From contig DAOVTB010000001.1 of the NCBI GenBank assembly GCA_030633305.1, positions 7,258 to 71,257 on the forward strand: 64,000 bases of DNA, given 5' to 3'. Positions within the stretch are counted from its first letter, which is position 1; every line of letters starts with the position of its first letter. Both the position numbers and the translations under genes were made by a program. Of the stretch, positions 59,617 to 64,000 are shown one piece after another. The notes under the pieces were generated by a model that did no database searches, was not told the origin of the DNA, and was given only the letters and a program-made list of their open reading frames with translations. Origin of the DNA: Candidatus Muiribacteriota bacterium. GTDB taxonomy: Bacteria; Muiribacteriota; DAOVTB01.

Positions 59617-62600
59617 ATGAGTTTTCAAAATATAACAACATTATTAAATAGTCCTACCCAGGACGACATAGTAAAAGCCCTGATGGTACTTTACAATAAT
59701 CCAAGAACTGAATTTGAAGAAAAAGTAACTTCTCTTTCAGGAAATAGCAATCCACTAGTGAGATCATTGTCAGAAAAAGTATTAAAAAAAATAAGTATTT
59801 TAAAAAGTAAACTGAATCAAGTGGAATCAGGACTTGAACTGGATAAAAATTTCAATAAACTTAATACAGATAAGAAGTTAAAAATTCTCACTGCGCTTAA
59901 ACTTGGGCATGCAAAAATAAGTGTGTCAATCGACCTTGCAATTGATCTTTTTTTTAAGGAAAATAATTCAAAATTATTGTATTCATTTGCTGAAACTCTT
60001 GCAAAAATAAGTCCATCGGAAGTTTTATCCAATATTCGACAAATAATAAATTCTAATTCAAAACATCGAGACAAAGCATTGTTGATACTAGTCTGTATGA
60101 AGAAAACCGAATACCTGACTGAAATCATTGAAGAATACAAAAAATCCAGGAATGAAGCATTTCTTATCGCAGCATCACTTTTTTTGTGGACACATTCAAA
60201 AATTGTTGTTGTCTCTGTTATAAAAGAGCTTGCTGAATCAACTCAAACTCCTATGAGGATTATTGCTTCTTTAATTTGTAAAATCCTGAAGGCTAATGAA
60301 TTAAAAGGAATAATAGTTCACTTGACTGAGGATATGAATGAGGCAATAAAAAACAATGCCAAAGCAGCGCTTTTAAATCTAAAACAGGCTGATGTCGAAT
60401 TCATTGAAATTACTCCTCCTTCTGAAGACATATACAGTAAATTCAGAGAAGTCCTGGTTTACGGTACTGATTTTCAAGACAAACTTTCTGTCATGAAAGT
60501 TATCGATAATCTAGGCCGCACTGATTTTCTAGATATTATTTCAGATAAACTCTCAAGCGAAGAAAACCCTTTTCTAATTTCAGCCTATGTAAAATATCTG
60601 GGTAAATATGGAAAAGACGATTATTTCGATCAGATTGTTCCACATATCGACCACTCTGATGCCAGAGTCGTTGCCAACTGCATCGAAGGACTTGGATACT
60701 GCAGTGGCGGTGAGGTCCGTGAAATAATGCTTAAATTCATTAAGCATAAGCATCATCGGATAGCTTCATGTGCAGCTGTTATTCTTTGGAAAAGCAGGGA
60801 ACAGGGAATTGTTCATAAGTTCCTCCAGATTGCTTCTGATAGTAAAAAACTCTGGAAAAGGAAATCAGCACTCCACATACTTGAAAAAATCCATGATGAA
60901 GCACTTGATCCATACGTAGACACATTAAAAAAAGATAAAAACAATGAAATTCGCGAAAGTATAAAATCCCTTTTATTACGAAGGCAAAAAGATACTTCGG
61001 CAAAGACTGAAGTAATAGATCATATTCTTTCAACTGGAAAAATGCCTGAAAATCTGATTCAGGATAAATTGAAAATATTACAGGATAATAATTCGGAACT
61101 TGAAGAAAAGATAAAAGCGGCGAAATTATTGAGTTTTATGGCTACAAGCGAACAAAATGAAAGTTTGAAAATGATTTTCTATAATCCTGATGTGAATATT
61201 CGAGTAAGACTTGAACTTCTTACTACACTTTCATTGCTTGAAAAGGATCCTTTGATTTTTCTTGTCGACAATACCAGAAATGAAGATGCTCAGATTAGAG
61301 TTTTATGCCTGGAACATCTAAGGAATCACGATTGTAGTAACTGGATTGATGACCTTTTCCCACTACTTTATGATGAAAATCAGGATGTAGTTTCAAAAGC
61401 ATCTGTCCTTTTAAATGATCACGTTCCTGAAAAAGTAGGAAAAAAAATAAGGACTATGGTCTGTTCGCCAGAACCTGAAATGAAACTTTCTGCACTAAGT
61501 GCTATTCACAATATTGGAACAAAAGAACTTTTTGATCTGGCAACATATCTTATCCAGGATCCAAGTACTGAAATAATTGTCCGGGCCAGTTCCGTTATTT
61601 CAGATCTACAAGATAAATTCGGTTATAAAATATCCAAGCGGGAAACAGAAACACATAATGGAAAAATTGAAACAGAAAAAGTTGAAAAACCCGTAGAGAA
61701 TCCAATTGAGATTTTAAGATCCGTCTCTTCAATTACTGATCCAAAAGTTATTGAAGACAGGATCAATACTATGATAGAAAGCATCAAGGAACAGCATTTG
61801 CCAAGTATTTTATCATTTATGGAAACCACTACCAATACAGTGCTTCTATCAAAACTGACTGTGATTTTCGGATTATTTTCAACTAATCAGAAAATTATTG
61901 CTGCTGCCGAAAAATGTCTTGATCATCCTGATCAGCGCGTAGTTTCAAATACAATTGAATCTCTTGCAACAGCAAAAAAGCCTGTTCTATTTGAAAAAAT
62001 TTTTCAGAAGATACCCGATGCCTCTGATCGTATCAGAGTTGCCATAATGAAACTTATTTTCACAAATCCAGAATACAGCCAAAAGGTACTAAGTGATTTT
62101 ATTGAGGACGATTATGAAAAGTTTGTCCTTTCAATCGCACCAAAAGAACTGATGAATAAATATTCAAAATCTGCGAATGTTCAGTCGGAGATCACTGAAA
62201 AAGTTAAAAAAATCACCAAAAAATCTGAAAGTAAACCTAAAAAGAAACCTGTAAAAAAGACTGTTATTAAAAAGAAAATTGCTGCTCCAAATCCATTACA
62301 ATCAATTATTAAAAACCCGGCAATACAGAAAATGATCGCTGGAGGTGTCCTTCTACTTGTACTGTTCTTTGTTTCTAATATGATGTTTACGTCTTCACAG
62401 ATCGATGAAGACACTGTTGAAGATGACATTGCAATGCCGAATGTTACTCCAACTGTAAAAAAATCTAAACCTCCGGTAAAAAAAGCACCTGTAAAAAAAA
62501 TAAAGAAAACAAGACCTAAGAAGAAAAAATATAAACTTGATATAATTTTTCCGAAAGATCCTGAAAATTTTGATTTAGCAGTAAGATGCTGGGAAAAAAT

Positions 62601-62868
62601 CAACTCAAAATCCTATTCGGTAAAAAAACGACAATATGCATATCTAAAGCTAATCAAATTGATTGAGAAAAAATATTTCAGAGGTGAATTTTTCCTCGTG
62701 AAAAAAGACATAGAATCAAAAAAATTCGATATTGCTAAAACACATTTCCTGGAAGCTCTGGAAAATATTGAAAATGATCAGGCTTTATGGGATCCTACCA
62801 AAGGAATATGGATTGAACGACAAGACATGGAAGATAAAATACTACAGGAAGTAAAAAAAACTCAATAG
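59617..62868 (+). CDS. HEAT-repeat protein with a single TM (paralog B of 53602-56838). Start moved to MSFQNITTLL
   Basis: Aligns from residue 1 with paralog A (MSFQNITTLLNSPTQDDIVKALMVLYNNPR vs MKFENLNSMLHSKKQDEIVNGLMVLYNNPR). TM helix IAGGVLLLVLFFVSNMMF. It has the same C-terminal KKYFRGEFFLVKK...LWDP motif. TGGTATACT (extended -10-like) lies immediately upstream. Confidence 0.6.
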   Translation: MSFQNITTLLNSPTQDDIVKALMVLYNNPRTEFEEKVTSLSGNSNPLVRSLSEKVLKKISILKSKLNQVESGLELDKNFNKLNTDKKLKILTALKLGHAKISVSIDLAIDLFFKENNSKLLYSFAETLAKISPSEVLSNIRQIINSNSKHRDKALLILVCMKKTEYLTEIIEEYKKSRNEAFLIAASLFLWTHSKIVVVSVIKELAESTQTPMRIIASLICKILKANELKGIIVHLTEDMNEAIKNNAKAALLNLKQADVEFIEITPPSEDIYSKFREVLVYGTDFQDKLSVMKVIDNLGRTDFLDIISDKLSSEENPFLISAYVKYLGKYGKDDYFDQIVPHIDHSDARVVANCIEGLGYCSGGEVREIMLKFIKHKHHRIASCAAVILWKSREQGIVHKFLQIASDSKKLWKRKSALHILEKIHDEALDPYVDTLKKDKNNEIRESIKSLLLRRQKDTSAKTEVIDHILSTGKMPENLIQDKLKILQDNNSELEEKIKAAKLLSFMATSEQNESLKMIFYNPDVNIRVRLELLTTLSLLEKDPLIFLVDNTRNEDAQIRVLCLEHLRNHDCSNWIDDLFPLLYDENQDVVSKASVLLNDHVPEKVGKKIRTMVCSPEPEMKLSALSAIHNIGTKELFDLATYLIQDPSTEIIVRASSVISDLQDKFGYKISKRETETHNGKIETEKVEKPVENPIEILRSVSSITDPKVIEDRINTMIESIKEQHLPSILSFMETTTNTVLLSKLTVIFGLFSTNQKIIAAAEKCLDHPDQRVVSNTIESLATAKKPVLFEKIFQKIPDASDRIRVAIMKLIFTNPEYSQKVLSDFIEDDYEKFVLSIAPKELMNKYSKSANVQSEITEKVKKITKKSESKPKKKPVKKTVIKKKIAAPNPLQSIIKNPAIQKMIAGGVLLLVLFFVSNMMFTSSQIDEDTVEDDIAMPNVTPTVKKSKPPVKKAPVKKIKKTRPKKKKYKLDIIFPKDPENFDLAVRCWEKINSKSYSVKKRQYAYLKLIKLIEKKYFRGEFFLVKKDIESKKFDIAKTHFLEALENIENDQALWDPTKGIWIERQDMEDKILQEVKKTQ

Positions 62869-63950
62869 CCTAGGGTTTTGAGTTCATCCTTTGCAAGAAA
62901 ATACTGAACGCTATGCGGTGATTCCTTTATTATCTTTTCCATGATCTCGACTCCACGTTCTACTTCTCCAAGTTTTATCAAAGCATTTCCCTGATTCAAA
63001 AGCATCGGATAATGAACTGGATCCTTTTCCAGATAAAGTTCAGCATAATACAACATGGTATTCCAGTCTTTTAACTCCTCAGAAGCCATAGCAAGCTTAT
63101 CATAAGCTTCTTTCTTATGGATTTCATCATCTGGAAATTTCGTAAGATAGCTTTCAAGACAGGTCTGCACCTGTAACCAGTCTTCATTTCCATCATCAGT
63201 TAATCCGAAAAAATAATAATGCATCTTCCAGTGTATGATCTGGGCAGTTTTTGTATCTGGAGCTTTCAACAGTATTTCTTTCATATTTTTGAAGATTTTA
63301 TCATGATCTCGAACTATAAAACCCCTATCCTTTAAAAGATCTTCTGTTTCATCAGCTAGTTTTTCAGCAATTTTTTCCTGTTCAGGAAGTTTAAGTTTGC
63401 TTTTAGCGAAATAAACAGAGCCAACTTCTTTTTTCATATTCTGAATTTTACTTTTCTGAAGTACTTTAAGCAAACTTGTTGCTGAAGCAACTTTCATTAT
63501 TGAATTTACTGTTTTCTTTTTTGTGACAGTATTTACATTTCCAGAAGTTGAGGAAAGAATTTCATTATATTTTGCCAGAAGTTTCTTATCTCCCATTTTA
63601 TTCAGAGTAATTATAAGAAGCTCCAGATAACTTTTATTACCAGGATTTTTTTTCAATAACAAATGAAGAATATCCTTTGCCTGCTTAAACTTTTTCTGAT
63701 TTAAACTAACTGCGGCCATCAAAAAAAGACTGTCTGTATCTTCAGGATGCCGTTTTAAATTCTCTTCAAGTATTTTGGATGCTTTATCAATTTTTCCAGA
63801 AAGAAAAAAATGTCTTGCTGCTGCATTGCATAAAACAGGTTGATCCCAATTATTTTTAAGTCTTTTATCATAAATTCTGGCAAGATCAATAGAATAAACT
63901 GTAGATATCAACAGAATAAAAGCAATCAGTAAAGTGAATATTTTTTTCAT
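62862..63950 (-). CDS. Secreted TPR-like helical-repeat protein (paralog of 51599-52708)
   Basis: 362 aa with a signal peptide. It overlaps the stop of the convergent HEAT gene by 7 nt. Confidence 0.55.
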   Translation of the reverse strand: MKKIFTLLIAFILLISTVYSIDLARIYDKRLKNNWDQPVLCNAAARHFFLSGKIDKASKILEENLKRHPEDTDSLFLMAAVSLNQKKFKQAKDILHLLLKKNPGNKSYLELLIITLNKMGDKKLLAKYNEILSSTSGNVNTVTKKKTVNSIMKVASATSLLKVLQKSKIQNMKKEVGSVYFAKSKLKLPEQEKIAEKLADETEDLLKDRGFIVRDHDKIFKNMKEILLKAPDTKTAQIIHWKMHYYFFGLTDDGNEDWLQVQTCLESYLTKFPDDEIHKKEAYDKLAMASEELKDWNTMLYYAELYLEKDPVHYPMLLNQGNALIKLGEVERGVEIMEKIIKESPHSVQYFLAKDELKTLGY

Positions 63951-64000
63951 TAATGAACCAGATGCACTTTATATTTCTTTTTCATATCGGTAGAAAATGT
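63951..64000 (-). CDS. Partial CDS (C-terminal 16 codons): probable paralog of the 1027-aa protein
   Basis: The minus-strand frame is open to the window edge: ...TFSTDMKKKYKVHLVH*. Its TAA overlaps the ATG of the downstream gene (TAATG). Compare ...KPSYLIHMVY* immediately upstream of the paralogous TPR-like gene at 51599. Confidence 0.35.

Overview
The window is an AT-rich (about 30% GC by eye), densely coding bacterial chromosomal segment, and most genes run on the minus strand from 136 to 46747. No rRNA or tRNA genes, CRISPR arrays, transposases or integrases were recognised. Housekeeping-type genes include transketolase, an NqrBCDEF-like Na+-NADH:quinone reductase cluster, a PpiC parvulin, a lipoate-protein ligase homolog and a 5'-nucleotidase. 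Accessory-looking content is abundant: many TPR and HEAT-repeat proteins, two clusters of prepilin-type pseudopilins (one with a prepilin peptidase), B12-binding radical SAM genes (one frameshifted) and large orphan secreted proteins.

The most notable observations are these:
- A three-gene neighbourhood (large secreted protein, secreted TPR-like protein, HEAT-repeat single-TM protein) is present twice in inverted orientation at 48.5-56.8 kb and 59.6-64.0 kb. A 1524-aa protein elsewhere fuses HEAT, TM and TPR parts.
- A family of GC-rich, apparently structured intergenic repeats has four long copies with compensatory base changes and two short hairpin copies. They are associated with 9-bp-periodic TTCRTG direct repeats.
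- The nqr cluster lacks nqrA.
- A decayed duplicate of a STAS-gene 5' end flanks a 6-kb pilin-containing segment.

All calls come from reading the sequence and ORF translations; no database searches were possible.
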